NCBI RefSeq assembly: GCF_964355755.1
Contig: NC_092672.1
Span: 12,772,001 to 12,836,000, forward strand
Direction: 5' to 3'
DNA from: Antedon mediterranea
Lineage: Eukaryota > Animalia > Echinodermata
DNA length: 64,000 nucleotides
Part shown: positions 40,944 to 54,359 of the stretch, in pieces
Layout of the letters: every line of letters starts with the position of its first letter
Position numbering within the stretch: position 1 is the first letter of the stretch
Made by a program: the position numbers and the translations under genes
Notes under the pieces: generated by a model
Database searches by the model: none
Told to the model about the DNA's origin: nothing
The model's input: only the letters and a program-made list of their open reading frames with translations

Positions 40944-43064
40944 TTATATAATGTAAATAAAAGTAACTTCTTGATATTTTTTTAAAGCAGATATATGATA
41001 AAGTAAATGTAATAGTGCTATTATGTCTTATCAGCAACCCAGTAAAACAGTAGACATTGATTGTTGGTGACCCCGTTGTGGTGCCGCCGACTTCATATGC
41101 AATAATATAACAAAAAAGTAATCATTGACTTTTGCTATGACGTGAAGTTTCATTACGATGCCGACATAATGGCTGGTTATTATCGACTCGGATAGAACCA
41201 TTGCTATTGTTTGTTTAATAATAATAATAATGTTCTTGTTACGGTATGTGCCTTTATTACTTGGCACAACTAAATACATGTTCATATATTACTTGTTGGT
41301 ACAGTGTGTGCGTATTGTGTCTTGTTTAATAATACTGTACATACATATCATTATTCGTAGAGGGCGCAGAGCAGAACCGCCATTACACGATATTCTACAC
41401 AATGTCCGGGAAAATCCAGCGTTGGAAGAACTGACAGTCCTCTATTGGCTGGCATCCGAAGGGAGCTTCAATACTCTCCAAATAGGCGTGGGGCATGTCT
41501 TGTTGACTATGTGGCTATGTGGTTTTCTAAAGTTACCATTGACTCCAGATGTAGAACCCTTTAGTGGAGGAAAATAGAATTTTAGTTTATAAAAAATATA
41601 ATGCTGTAACAATGAAACATTTTAGCTGATGATCAATGATGATAACAAACATAATATACAACAATCTGAGCAAATTAACGTTTAAACAAAGTCACCAACA
41701 GCAGTAAATACTATTCAATACCAGACCATCTGCCACAACAACCAGCCAATCTAAAACCAAGAAAAAGCATTACGTAGGTAGGTCTATGTATTATATAATC
41801 TGGTCATTACGTGTTGATTAAACCCATCAAGGTACATTATCATTCATTTTAACAGAACCTGGTCCTAATGGCTGATTTGCCATGGAATGAGTAAATAACA
41901 TGTTATTAACTACATTAACTCTATGTTCTGGTTTCCAGAATGCAATAAAAGTTATTTCAAATTTGGATCTTTCAAGTAAAATATATTGATCGTGACCATT
42001 GTTTGGCTAAAGCAAACACAATTATAATGTTTCCTTCATTTTTGCGATCTAATTTAAGGTCACAAACTACATTTAATGTAAAAATAAATACTATATGGTC
42101 CTATTGCGATAACTGAAGTTGTCCTCTTTAAATGGTTAAAAATGTGAAAAATAAATCGATTCTAATAATTAATTAGGCGGCCCGCTATAAATCTCAACAT
42201 GCATTGCGCGCAGAAATATTTTAGTTTTTCTTATGTAGGCCTAATTCATCCACTTTCGATCGAACGTGACGGCCAACAAATGGAAGACTCGTAACTTTTC
42301 AGCAAAAATACCGCGTTTCCCCCAATTTGTATTAACGGATACTGGCAAAAAAAACCCAAAAAGACAATTAATGCAGTCTTCACCAGAAAACGTCAGGCTA
42401 GGCCTAGCTAGCGTACGATGTTCGTACCGCTACGCTAGGCTAGGCCTAGCTTAATACAGCGAGCTAATTAGGTAGTGCATTATTTCTCTCTTTTTACCAT
42501 AATTTACTATAAAACGTACATTTAAGATACTGTATGTATACATTATTTTTACAAAATGTCAACAATCGTAGAGAATGGGTCTTTAAATTGTATTGTCAAC
42601 AAATTCTTCCTGATTTCAAGAAATTTTGAAACATTAATCAGATCAGTCACTTGCATGCTGAAAAAAACCTTAACAGCGTCTGCCGAAGTGAGTATACTGA
42701 ATTCAAAGCAAGTAAATTATGATATTTAGGCTTACCTAGGGGTGTCACGAAACCTAAGACCACGAAAGCTGAGACCCTCTAAGACCTAAGATCACGAAAG
42801 CTAAGACCCAACACCTAAGATTACAAATACTAAGATATACTACAGCTTAAAAACAATACTTGTTTATCCATACATAATTTTAAACACAGTAGGTTTAATT
42901 TATTACCATAAATATAATTTAATACTACCGCAAAACATAGATAAACTCACATTATTTTCGCCCGTTGAGTAAATGTATATTTTTTCTTTACAACAAACAA
43001 ACTTGACGGGTTGTTTGTTGGTATATATTTACTCCATTGTGTTGGTTCAGAGGATGTTTTTCTT

Positions 43065-43670
43065 ACGCACCTGCCTTTCTTGTATTTTGACTCCAAATTT
43101 GTTGACTAACTTTATCCTGAACACCACACTTTAAAATTAGGACTTATAAGTACTTTCAGAAGGAGAAACACATAATAACAAATAAATAAATCCTTTAAAT
43201 TGATGATTTTACAGATGTGTTTCTTTGTATACTGTAATGTAACTCCTCGAGCTCCCCATGCTCAATGTTTTTGTTTCTATGGAGCGCCAAAAGAGCAACA
43301 ATAATAGTACAAGTATAAAAACAGAAAGAAAACGAAACAAAAAAACTTATCATGATTTTTAAATTAAAATTTATTTGCCAGTTATAATTTCTTCGTACTT
43401 GCATGATTATACTACAGTATTATCATTACAATTTTAATTTTACATTGTTCCATCCACACTGTAGATGGACTCTATATAATTTTTGCTCTTTTGACGTTCC
43501 ATAGAAACAAAAACATTGAACATGGGGTAGGCCTACTGACGTACTGTAGGCTAGTCATTTTGTGTGCGAGAAAAACGTCTGTAAAATCATCAATTTAAAA
43601 ATGTATTTGTTATTTTTATGTGATTCTTTTTCATGAAAGTGCCAATTCTAAGGTGTGGTATTCAGAATAA
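43065..43670. mobile_element. Palindromic MITE, same family as 24965-25804
   Basis: Shared AACTTTATCCTGAA.ACCACA and TTTCTATGGAGCGCCAAAAGAGCAA motifs, together with their reverse complements. Confidence 0.7.
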
Positions 43671-44394
43671 ATGTTTGGAGTTTATTTACTTCAAATGTGT
43701 TTAATCCTTTAGATAATACATACACTAGAATTGTTCCAATGGCTAAACCATTCGTATGATCCATCTGCTCAACAACCTCACATCCATCCATCTTCTGTGT
43801 CTTGGCAGACCCAGCAAACAGTGGGGGAAACGTTTAAAGAGGGTAAGAAAGGGTTTTAAAATAATAATTAAAAAAAATATGTATGAATCCTTGTAGACCT
43901 AATATAAATAAACAACACACGGGGAAATATATTCGAATACCTATTAGAACTTCTTGAGAAATAAATAAATTAAATGTTAGTGTAAACCCCTCCGTAAAAT
44001 GGTCGACCAAACTGACACGCTATCTTACTTTGGTTCTATACAGTAGGCCTACACACGCACGTGGGAACGTCAAGTTTAGTTTGAAACTCCCGGGGTGTCC
44101 TCCACGGCAAAACCCGTTTTGTGATTGGTTAATGGATTTCAATACAGGCGACACACCGTCGCGACGGTTCGCGCGCGGAGAACTTGTGGTATGTGGTGTC
44201 AACACACTGTGAACAATGCGTTTTTAAAGAGAAACACAATGTAAATAATTAAATAGTGATTCACAGTGTGACAACAGTGTGTTGATACATATACCTCTTT
44301 CACACCATAACTCTGGAGACTTCCGGTTGGGGGGTTTTGACCATTCAATACATCGAGAAACTCCGGGGTTTAAAAAACAAGGCCAACAGCCATT

Positions 44395-44486
44395 AAGTCG
44401 CGTGCTACAATGCATAGTGATACCGGACCGACAGACAGACCGACAGACAGACAGACAGACCGACCGACCGACATAGTGAACTATAT
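44395..44486 (+). repeat. (GACA/GACC)n microsatellite in a probable Helentron/DINE-type non-autonomous remnant
   Basis: AGTCGCGTG upstream and GACATAGTGAACTATA downstream of the tetranucleotide array. The family assignment is from resemblance only. Confidence 0.45.
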
Positions 44487-44487
44487 T

Positions 44488-44719
44488 GACGCTTCAGGCA
44501 GAGGTTTAGGTGCTATTTTGATGCAGGATAATCGTCCAATCGCATTTTGCTAGTAAAACACTAACACCGACGCAATGAAATTAGCCTATAGTAATATTTA
44601 ACATGAAAGACTTGGTGTAATTCATGGCATCGACAGATTTCACCACTACCTGTTTGGACAAAAATTCGAAATAATTACTGATCACAAACCACTCGAAGTG
44701 ATAGTGAAGAAACCATTGT
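44488..44719 (+). pseudogene. Ty3/Gypsy RNase H fragment
   Basis: Reads DASGRGLGAILMQDNRPIAF/ASKTLT...YSNI*HERLGVIHGIDRFHHYLFGQKFEIITDHKPLEVIVKKPL, with frameshifts. Confidence 0.85.
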
Positions 44720-45966
44720 GTTGAAATATGTTGTACCAATTTAGATGACAAGGATTTATGTGTGTCTTAATATCAACACACACAATTTACTTTTGTTTAA
44801 ATTGTTTTCCAACGTTCCTGTCTCTGATGATTCATTAAAGCCAATGAATCCCTTAGGCGACAGCTCAAGTTTTTGTTTTAACTGTTCAGGTCTAAAGATA
44901 AACACATAGGGCAAGGTTATCCAACAATCTTGAAGTGGGATCACAACCATGAAGTGGCAAGTAATGATGCCATTTGAGAAAGGATGTAAGTGATGGTGCA
45001 ACAGAGAAGCTTCATGAGCTCTACAGATCAGGCTATTCACCATCATCGGCTCTGGATTCCATCAAATATTATTTGATGGTGAATGGCATAATATTATTAT
45101 CTTCAAGAAGGCTGTACAGATGTTGAGTACACAAGAGTCCATTGCCCTGATTTGCAATATTGTTACAGGTAACATTCTGTATTTGCTTTTTTTTTTTCAA
45201 AGTTCTACATTGCTCTTTTCAAAATTGTATACAGTTGGGAACAAGATGTTTGATTGATCTTCAAGGCCGGGCTGCATAGTGGGCGAAAACAAAAACTCTT
45301 TTAGTTAATTTTATTCTTTTAGCAGGTAAATAAAAAAGGTAGAAGAGGGAAACATATATGCATGATAAGTGCTTTTCAAGGAGATTTTAGGAAACATGGT
45401 CTTCCCCGATGTCGGAAATGTTTAGGGCATTTGACACCCTATCCCTGGGAAAACTGCTTTATAACAACCTGAAAATCGACTGAGTTGATAATGATAATGG
45501 TTTATGGTAGTGTTTTGCTTGTCTCTTTGGAATTCTTCTCTTCAAAATTGTCAATATTTTATGAATAGTAAAGTACCGTATAAACATTATTTGTAGTAGA
45601 AAAGCACCTTGGAAGCTTTAAGAAACATTTCTGGTTTTGAGAAAGTTTAAGTTGGCTGTGTTTAGTGAATACGGTAACCGGTCACTGGGTACTTTTTGTT
45701 GTATTTTTATTCAAAGCCAATTGTAATAAAGCAGAAAAAAAACTTTTATATGATTTGTTTTTCAAATGAAAAAAATGGTTTTTAAACGATATTTAATAGC
45801 TTTATTTTAGTTAGTTTAAAAAAAAAACATAAAAAGAATGTATTTTTAAGGAAATTGTAGTGTTATTTTATAACGTTTTTGAAATAATCTATAATTAACT
45901 CATTGAGGATGTTATAAATTGGTTATTTAAAGGTTTTTTTAATACCTTCTAAACTTAACGTATAAG

Positions 45967-46008
45967 CAGGGAGTTGTAAAATAATAATAATTATTTTAAA
46001 ACTCCCTG
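45967..46008. mobile_element. 42-bp inverted-repeat scar (CAGGGAGTTGTAAAATAAT...ATTATTTTAAAACTCCCTG) with 7-bp TSD GTATAAG
   Basis: TSD at 45960-45966 and 46009-46015. Confidence 0.85.
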
Positions 46009-46268
46009 GTATAAGTAACTAAAAAAAAACGTTTTCATGAAACTGTTTATAAATGACTAATATTGAACTGATTAGAAACGTCATAAATTAGTTACGGTTT
46101 CAACTATTACGTTGTGTAAATAACCATTAATGAACTCTTTATATTAGAAACGTTGTTATTTGAATGTTTGTATTTTAAGTCTTAGGTACAACGCTACCCA
46201 TAATTAAACGTTTTGAATTTGTATTTTTTACGTTGTGATAAAACGGTTTGAAGGTTCGTTGTGGTGAT

Positions 46269-46280
46269 GGGGACTTTCCC
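46269..46280 (+). promoter_or_regulatory. Consensus NF-kB site GGGGACTTTCCC at the start of a CpG-rich patch
   Basis: Exact match to the canonical kB motif GGGACTTTCC; function untested. Confidence 0.3.
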
Positions 46281-47721
46281 GGCCATGCCGTTGCAAAGCT
46301 GTCCGTCCGTCGGTTATCGTTGCTTCTGAGTGCAAAAAAAGAACAGAACTGCGACGAATGCCATCACCTCGTAAGCACGATCGTCGGAGCAGAAGGTGAA
46401 AAGGAAGATACAAAATTTAGACTGAAAAAATGTTTGCTTCATGTTGTTTGACATAATATAACATAAATAAAATGTGTAATATGTTATACTGTATTTGAGT
46501 GGAACATTAAAATTCAATCCTGTCTATAGGAGGTCAAGTAAACTCCTATTTTTAGTTTGTATTACTACAAGTGAAATAACCCAAAAATGATGCTGTTAAT
46601 GTTGTATTTTGCAAAAAAAAGAATTATTCAAAATCAGAAAAATAAGCAATTTAAAAACTGATTTTGAGTTAGCAAAAAAAATTATAAATTTCCTTATATT
46701 GATAAGGTAAATAAATACAACATTTTGTTTTATCAAGATTTAGTTTTGATATGTAAAATTAATATTTATATCATTTATTTATTACAGAAATAAATTTTTC
46801 CCTATATCAAAAAAAAAAAAAACCCAAAAAACACACAGAAGAGTTTAAGTGAACTAAGTTCAGGTGAGGCATTATGGAATGGAAAGAGTTACCGGTAAGT
46901 CCTGTTTACACTTGGACATTAACAAATGAATTTATATATTATAGTTTTAGGATGAAAACTTTTCTAATTTCTTTTATTGTCTGTAGACAAAATGTATTTT
47001 TATTATCTATATACTATATCATCATTTGTTTTCAAGGTGAATTTTCTTGTTTACCGATAAATAAGGTTATGTAAATAAATTGCATAGTACAGTATGTATA
47101 GTTTATTCAGAATAAAAATCATAAAGATTGCAATTTTTTTAACTCAAATGCTTGTCTTGTTTTGCATAAACAGACAAAAATGTAAAAAGAATCCATCTTT
47201 GAATAATTCCGACATTTGGTTTTCAGCAACATAAATAATGTCTTTATTTTTATTTTGAGAATCTTTTTCATAGCGGTAGGCTTATGAACACTGTACGAGC
47301 GAAAACCAGCCTGTAGAGTGCGCCGTTTATAATTGCTCTCCTTCGTGAGGAAAATCCTATAGACTGCAAACCATCGGTATGGTATGTGGCAATTCACCAG
47401 GTTCAATATTAAACCGTTCATTGGCAAAAGTTTGATATTTAAATTTATTGAGAAGACAAGGTTTACACTAACATTATTACGCTTATAACTTGTATATTGT
47501 ATATAACAATTTGACCATTTATTTCAGGGGCTTATGTCATTTTGTAGGCTTTTGATGTTAATTTCGCTAAACAAGAAAAACTTTGGTGCCATTTTTTTCG
47601 ACCATGGCAAGTGGCCGCCACTTGATTTTCAAGATGCCGGACTAACTTTAACAAAAATGATCGTGAGTGGTATCATTGGAAAGAGAATTTTATGAGTGTA
47701 ATGGAAATAAATGATCAGTGT

Positions 47722-48314
47722 TGTAAAGATTTATGTCGTCCACTGAGGGCGCATATCATAATATGCTTCGAGTATCGGACGATGTTGTGCGCTCACTCGT
47801 TTGCAGCTAATGTCATATAAACATGCCTGAAGCGTTCCAATAACCATATATTATTATGAATATTATAGTGTTTTTGGTTATTACTTGTTTTTATATAAAC
47901 CAGGAATCCTGGTAATAGGCTGTAATTGTTGATAAAAGATTTTAAAAGTTATATTTTAGTCAGTTTAGGTGACGTCTTCTTTAGGCCGACGCACGTTGTT
48001 TTCATTGTTTTGTATTCTGCGAGAGCCTCTCTCGCTCGGACAGTTTGGGTCACGTGACCCGTATGCTAATATTACCGGTACTATTGCTAATCATCCGTTT
48101 CTATTTATTTTGTATTTGTAGTGATAAATGAACACACACACATTTCCAGATAGCCACATTGACACCTTGCCACTTTGCAAACTCATCACCTATATGTAGA
48201 GGATTACCTATTAAAAGTTACCTTGAGTTTTACATGCTGACCACTTGTTTCATTCCGTCTGTCATTCTACCTACCTACTACCGAACCAGATATAACAGTA
48301 CATACATTTCTACA
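47722..48314 (+). repeat. 5' LTR of BEL/Pao family A (5' edge approximate)
   Basis: TGTAAAGA...TTTCTACA termini, TATATAAA near 47892, ATTAAA near 48210; directly abuts the PBS. Confidence 0.7.
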
Positions 48315-48332
48315 TGGTCCCTCGAGCCGGAT
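48315..48332 (+). promoter_or_regulatory. Primer-binding site (tRNA-Tyr type) TGGTCCCTCGAGCCGGAT
   Basis: Immediately after ...TACA and 4 nt before the gag ATG at 48337; matches the TGGTCCTTCGAGCCGGA PBS common in BEL/Pao elements. Confidence 0.85.
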
Positions 48333-48336
48333 AAAA

Positions 48337-50090
48337 ATGGCGGAGGAATTGAAACAACTGAAAATCAACAGACGTAATGCTAAAAGAAATTTAACCAGAC
48401 AAGGCAACGCACCGAGGAGATGCTTGCATTGGAGAACCCAGATTTGGAAGAGATTAAAAGGAAGGCAGATTTATTAGAGGACCTCTTCGCTGTAGTAGAA
48501 CTAAAGCATAACGAATTAGTCGAACATGTGGAGGGCAAGGAAGACTACAACACAGAAGAGAAATGGATGCAGGATTGCCAGGACCAGTTCTTGATTGAAA
48601 AGGAACAAGAAACAGTATTTTAGTAGATGACAGTAATGTAAATAATAGTAATGTTATTAATGATGAAATTTCAAGTAATCAAAATGATATCCATGATGAT
48701 AATGTTAGTGAGGTTAATTTAAGTGATCCCGCTATTGATGTTGATAATGTGAACGATAATAATGTTATTAACCCTAATTTATCCACAGCCATTAGTAGTT
48801 CATTGGACACAAACGCCTTCAATTGGGAAGGCTTGTTACGGGCAATTGCTCTACCCCGCAGCCAACCGAAAAAATTCAGAGGAGACCCGCTACGGTACCA
48901 TGCATTCATTACAGCATACAAGAGCACCGTTTCTCAAGTCCCAGATGATGGTGTCAAGTTACAACATCTACTCTCTTTATGTGAGGGTGCTGCATATTCT
49001 TCGATACAGTATTGTGTCCTTAAACCAGCCGAAGAAGGCTACATAGCAGCCATTAAAAAGCTAAAAGAGAAGTTTGGGGACCCCAACATAATAACCAAGG
49101 CCTGGACTGATAAAATACTGAAGCGAGAAATAGTTACCCTCGATACACTCGGAGATTTTGCAGATGACCTAGGAAACTGCTAGCTAGAAGCTTTGGGGAA
49201 ACTCTTGGAACTGGATACCATGGAGGGATTATCCAAAGTTGTGCAGATTTTACCGACATTCTTCCGAAACAAGTGAAAAGATGTCAATTTCAAGTTGAAA
49301 GAGAACCATACCACCGCTACACTCAAGCATCTACTTGAATTCGTTCAGAAGGCTAGGGACAAAGAGGAAGATCCAGTATTTGGAAGGGTGCTAACCGCTA
49401 AGAAACCAGAAAAGGATAAAACTAACCAAAGGGATCACCAAAGAAATCACCGACCACCAACAACTATGACCCTTACAGATACGAAAGACAGCAAGAAACT
49501 ACCTCGGATGTTCTGTCCTTACTGTAATGGAAACGAGCATTTCCTTGGGGGCTGCAAAAGCTTTAGAGAACTAAGCCAATCCCAGATGAAGGATTGGATC
49601 ACTAATAACAATCGCTGTAAACATTGCGCTAGAAAACATGTTACCACCGAATGTACTCTTCGGAAGGGTTGTAAGATGTGCTCTGAACTGCATCTTACAG
49701 TTTTGCACGACACCCTGTCACCGGTATCTCAACAGTCCACTCCTTCCAATCCAGAAGCGGCAACCAACCAACTCTACAGTCTGTGTCAACAGTACAAGCC
49801 CAGAGACGTAATCCTGAAAATCGTCCCGGTAACATTATACAGTCCCACCAGCCAAGTTGATACCTACGCTGTTTTAGATGATGGGTCGATGGGAACCATG
49901 CTGCTCACTGATGGAATGAATAAACTACACATACAGGGCCATAAAGACAGCATTGTTCTGAAAACTATGGAACACGGAACAACCACTGTTCCTGGACGGA
50001 GTGTAAACGTACAAATATCGGCAAGAGGCCAGACTCACAACAGATATAACCTTGACGATGCGTTTTCTTCGACCTTGTTAACACTGGGGA
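48337..50090 (+). pseudogene. BEL/Pao family A gag plus aspartic protease, with frameshifts and stops
   Basis: MAEELKQLK start; PKKFRGDPLRYHAF (DUF1759-type); three Cys/His knuckles (CPYC..H..C, CKHC..H..C, CKMC..H..LH); protease YAVLDDGS. Confidence 0.9.
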
Positions 50091-53086
50091 CCTACTACAC
50101 AAGATTCAAGAGCACCAGTTACAGAATTGTTTACTTCCTTTTCCCAATTGGAAGGTATAAGTACAGAGAAATCACAAGAGCCAACACCAGTCTGGCCTCA
50201 AAAGAAGAATAATGGTAAGGTTTCTGATAAACGTGCAGAGCCACTTCAGCAGGAACCAAAAGAGAAGATAAAACATTATACACCAATAGTTGAACACCAG
50301 AGTGACCCAATCAAGCAAGAGGCACCTGTGACAGTTACAAATGAATGTGACCTCAGTGCAACGTTCCGACAGCTGGTTGATTCAATACGATTACCCCCAA
50401 TCAGAGTATATCTGTTCAAGGGTGATCCACTCAAGTTTCCAACGTGGCTGGCAGTATTTAATTCATTGGTAGAAGCAAAGACATGTTCCAATTATGAAAG
50501 ACACAGCTTACTGGCACAACACCTAGCTGGGGAACCGAAGGCTCTTGTTGCAAATTATTTGCTTCTACAAACAGAAGAAGCATATGTTCAAGCCAAGAAT
50601 GAACTTAAAAAGAAGATACGGACACCCATCAGTGGTAGCTAAAGCGCTGATAGCCAAACTAAATGAATGGCCGAAGATATCAGCGAAGGATAATACGGGT
50701 CTGAGAAAATTTTCAGATTTTATTTGCGAAGTGGCTGCTGCAAAAATGACTATTTCGGACTTAGGAGTTCTTGATTACCCTCAAGAAAACATGACGTTAG
50801 TTAGTAAGCTACCATACTATCTGGAAAACAAGTGGCGCAGTATAGTCAGTACATCAATGGATACTTCAACCTTCCCAAGTTTGGAAAGGTTTTCAGAGTT
50901 TCTGAAGGCCAAAGCGAAGGAAGCAAATATCCCTATGTTCCAGACAGCCAACCCTCACAAGGAGCAGTTCACAAGTTCATCGAAGAGAGAATGTGCCACT
51001 TTGCCTACAAAGGTCTGTAACCTATGCAAGAATCCTCATGAGATAGCGAAGTGTAAGAAGTTCATAGAGTCTAACTACGAAAGGAAGTTAGAAATAATTA
51101 AAGATCAACGGTTGTGTTTTGGCTGTTTACGTCCGGGTCATAGATCCAAAGAATGTAGGCAACGCATGCAATGTGGAACCTGCAAAGGAAAACACCCAGC
51201 CATCCTCCATCAGGAAAGACCTGCTCCGGTGAAAGAACAAAATAAAGTTGAGAAGGAGCAAGATAAAACTCCGCCAGAGCAAACACAAGAAAAGAAGCCC
51301 GCTACAATTCCCTCTGCTGGATGTAGTGACAATGATGGAGTCTGCACTATGGCAATTATTCCTGTCATTTTAAAGTCGCCAAAGAACGGCCGGGCTGTAA
51401 CAACTTATGTGTTCCTTGATCCAGGGTCCAGTGTATCATTCTGCACTGACCGTTTGCGAAATGAACTGGGACTTGGAGGACGAAAGACGCAAATTGTACT
51501 CGACACCATGGGAACGAATCAGGTTTTAAAGACTCACATAATCTCAAATATTGTTATTAGTAATTTGAACGGCGACAAAGAGTGTAGACTACCAAATATT
51601 TATTCAAAGGATACGTTGCCTGTCACTAAGGAGCATATTCCAACACAAGATGATGTGAACAGGTGGGATCATCTACGGGGACGAGTGGTTGTTCCAGAAG
51701 TTGATGGAGAAATTGGTTTGATGCTGGAGGTTAAAACGCTAGACCTACGGAAGGATAAACTGCCATCGGGAAGTGCACTTGGTATACAATAGTCTCCAGA
51801 ACTTGACACACTTAGATTTACTATATTACCAGCAGATAGAAGTCATACCAGACGAGGGGTGCTATCAATTGTTAGCTCTGTATTTGACCCACTTGGGTTA
51901 GTGGCTCCTTTTGTTTTAGCGGCAAAAATTCTACTACAAGATATCTGTCGGAAGGGTCTTGAATGGGACGAGCCCATTGACGATGTGTCATTGCAACGAT
52001 GGAAACGGTGGTTGCAAGACCTGGCGAGACTGGATGAGTGGATCTGAACTACCAACAGATGTCATTAGTCGCCAATTTCATGTGTTTGCAGACGATGGGT
52101 ATGGTATGGCATCTTATATCAGACAGGAGTCAAGTGATGGTCATGTACAAATGTCCCTGGTCATGGGTAGAAGCAGAGTTGCACCCTTGAAATACACTTC
52201 AATTCCAAGATTTTCTATTGGACAGATAGTCAAACCGTTTTGAAATATATACATAAAACCTCTCGAAGATTCAAAGCCTTTGTAGCAAACCGGGTCTCTA
52301 TCATTTTGAACATATCTAAGGCATCAGAATGGAGGTATGTTAGAACTTGTAATAACCCAGCTGATGAAGCATCAAGAGGTCAACGGATTGAAGAATTCCT
52401 AAGTAACACAAGATGGCGTAACGGACCAGAATTTCTCAGAGATAAATGTGAGCAGTGGATAGACTTACAAGCCAAGTCCTTACCTCTTATCGCCGAGGAT
52501 GACCCAGAAATCAAAGGGGTGTCAAATGTATTAGTTCCAGCTTGTACTTCATGTTAGATGATCTGTACTGTGTTCATCTTATGGAAAAATTAAAAGAATT
52601 GAGGCATGGTTACTGGTTGCTGTTGAGAAACTATGCAAAAGGGTCACCAGTAAGCGACTAGGCAATGTTAGGTTTCAAAAGCGGAGTGCACACGAACAGA
52701 GAGTTCATTTTAAACAGGAGTTAGAGGTACTTAAGAATGATAATGACGAATCTATTGGACGGGTGATGAGAAATAGCCCTCTCAAGAAACTTGATCCGTT
52801 GTTGTTAAATGGAATGATTACAGTGGGAGGAAGACTGAACAAGGCGTCTCTTCCCGACAACATAAAGCATCCAGAATTCTCTTATTGCAAGATTATTCAT
52901 AGTGGAAATACACAAAGAGGTTGGACACCTTGGTAGAAGTGCTATTTTATCACAACTTTATTGGATCATTGGAGCAAGTTCCTTGATCAGAAGTGTTATA
53001 AGCAGATGTGTAGTTTGTCAGAAGCACCGAGCTAGAGCTAGTGAACAGAAAATGGCATCACTGCCACCAGATAGAATTGTGAGCGA

Positions 53087-54352
53087 TCATCCACCGTTCC
53101 ACAATACGGGTATTGATCTATTTGGTCCATTTGAAATCAAATTAGGTCGTAGTCTTGTGAAGAGATATGGTGTTGGAAGACGCTTTCGTTTTGTCAGTTG
53201 TTGGCGCATCTCATCCCGCAAAGTATCGGCCATCGAAAGCAAACTGTCTTGAAACGTAGAAACCATATCGGTTTCTCGTTTTTGCAAATTTTCTATTACT
53301 TGTTGATATTTGATTTCTCTTTCTTCCGATTTGGTGATATGATTTTGGAATTCTATCAACATAGTATTGAATTGTGTTTGTAAAGTAGTCAGTTTTGTTT
53401 CTGTTTCATGCAAATTTTGGCGTGTCTGCTCCAATTGGCTTACGAGTTGTTGAATGCCAATGTTAGATGAGGGTAGATTATTGACATCACTAATGAAACC
53501 TCTCGTCGATGGATACTTGTCCATTAGAGAATCTTCTAAGATTCTTTTTCGCTTGTACTCACATTTTTCTTTTAATACCGTCATTTCATCTGATATCTGA
53601 AGAATGTTTATTATGGCAGTCCAATCACTGCTTGCATGTGATTCCATCGCTCGTCCAACAAATTTAGCAAATAGTGTTTTGTTGATTGAATTGGTTTTGG
53701 CAATATTCGCAATGGCGGTGGCAACACCATTCTTTTTCTCCGATGTGCACGGTGTGGAAAAGGCACCGTGCAAAGTTATGGGATACTTCATGTCCGCACC
53801 GCAGTGATAGGTTCTCTTTTCTTTTTTGTGCAATAAGAATATACGGTTGTTGTTGGTCACCGTAATTTGCAACTCTTCCAGTTTGCTGTTGTCCAACTCG
53901 TTTTCCAGAGTCAACTCTAGTCGCATGCGTCGTTTTACAGTTATCGGCATGATGGCGGCCGTATAGACAACTCCATTTGGAGTTCTAAGTCGAACGCCAT
54001 TCGTCGGCGACGACGACGACGCAACATCATCATCGCATTGTGGACTGTAGAGACAGCCGAGTGCCATATAGAAACAAATACGTTTCACGTCGCCTTTGAT
54101 TATGTCAAAAATCGGCACGGGCATCGTCGATACATCGGCGCCGACAAAGTCAGCAACACAGTTTTTATTACGTGAAGAAACGTTCATAAACACATTGTGT
54201 TCTGATGCTATATCATCTTCTTGTTGGTACTCCATGAAAACTGGTTCGACCGGGTCTTGCAATTCCAACATTTCCGTCTTTAATATGTCGTCGTCTGTTG
54301 AATTGAACGCTAATAGGTTTTCTAAAAACATGTCCATATCGCAATGATCCAT
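53087..54352 (-). CDS. Orphan protein (421 aa from the ATG at 54352): acidic N-terminus, globular middle, C-terminal coiled coil, KRKR motifs; last ~28 aa read into antisense BEL sequence
   Basis: Uninterrupted frame of >1.2 kb; heptad pattern in IQQLVSQLEQTRQNLHETETKLTTLQTQF; promoter motifs just upstream. No family recognised. Confidence 0.7.
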   Translation of the reverse strand: MDHCDMDMFLENLLAFNSTDDDILKTEMLELQDPVEPVFMEYQQEDDIASEHNVFMNVSSRNKNCVADFVGADVSTMPVPIFDIIKGDVKRICFYMALGCLYSPQCDDDVASSSSPTNGVRLRTPNGVVYTAAIMPITVKRRMRLELTLENELDNSKLEELQITVTNNNRIFLLHKKEKRTYHCGADMKYPITLHGAFSTPCTSEKKNGVATAIANIAKTNSINKTLFAKFVGRAMESHASSDWTAIINILQISDEMTVLKEKCEYKRKRILEDSLMDKYPSTRGFISDVNNLPSSNIGIQQLVSQLEQTRQNLHETETKLTTLQTQFNTMLIEFQNHITKSEEREIKYQQVIENLQKRETDMVSTFQDSLLSMADTLRDEMRQQLTKRKRLPTPYLFTRLRPNLISNGPNRSIPVLWNGG

Positions 54353-54359
54353 GATGACT

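Noticed and set aside
41230-41577. 115-aa ORF / exon-like GC-richer block
   Set aside because: No recognisable domain; the minus-strand frames following the candidate acceptor contain stops.
45275-45297. RSS-like CATAGTG-7-ACAAAAACT (Transib/RAG-type end)
   Set aside because: The heptamer is imperfect, the spacer is 7 bp rather than 12/23, and no partner end or 5-bp TSD was found.
235-47427. The many 60-120 aa ORFs in the track outside the annotated CDS
   Set aside because: They are AT-biased chance frames, shadows of real ORFs or MITE-derived, with no motifs. No tRNA or rRNA genes were recognised in the window.
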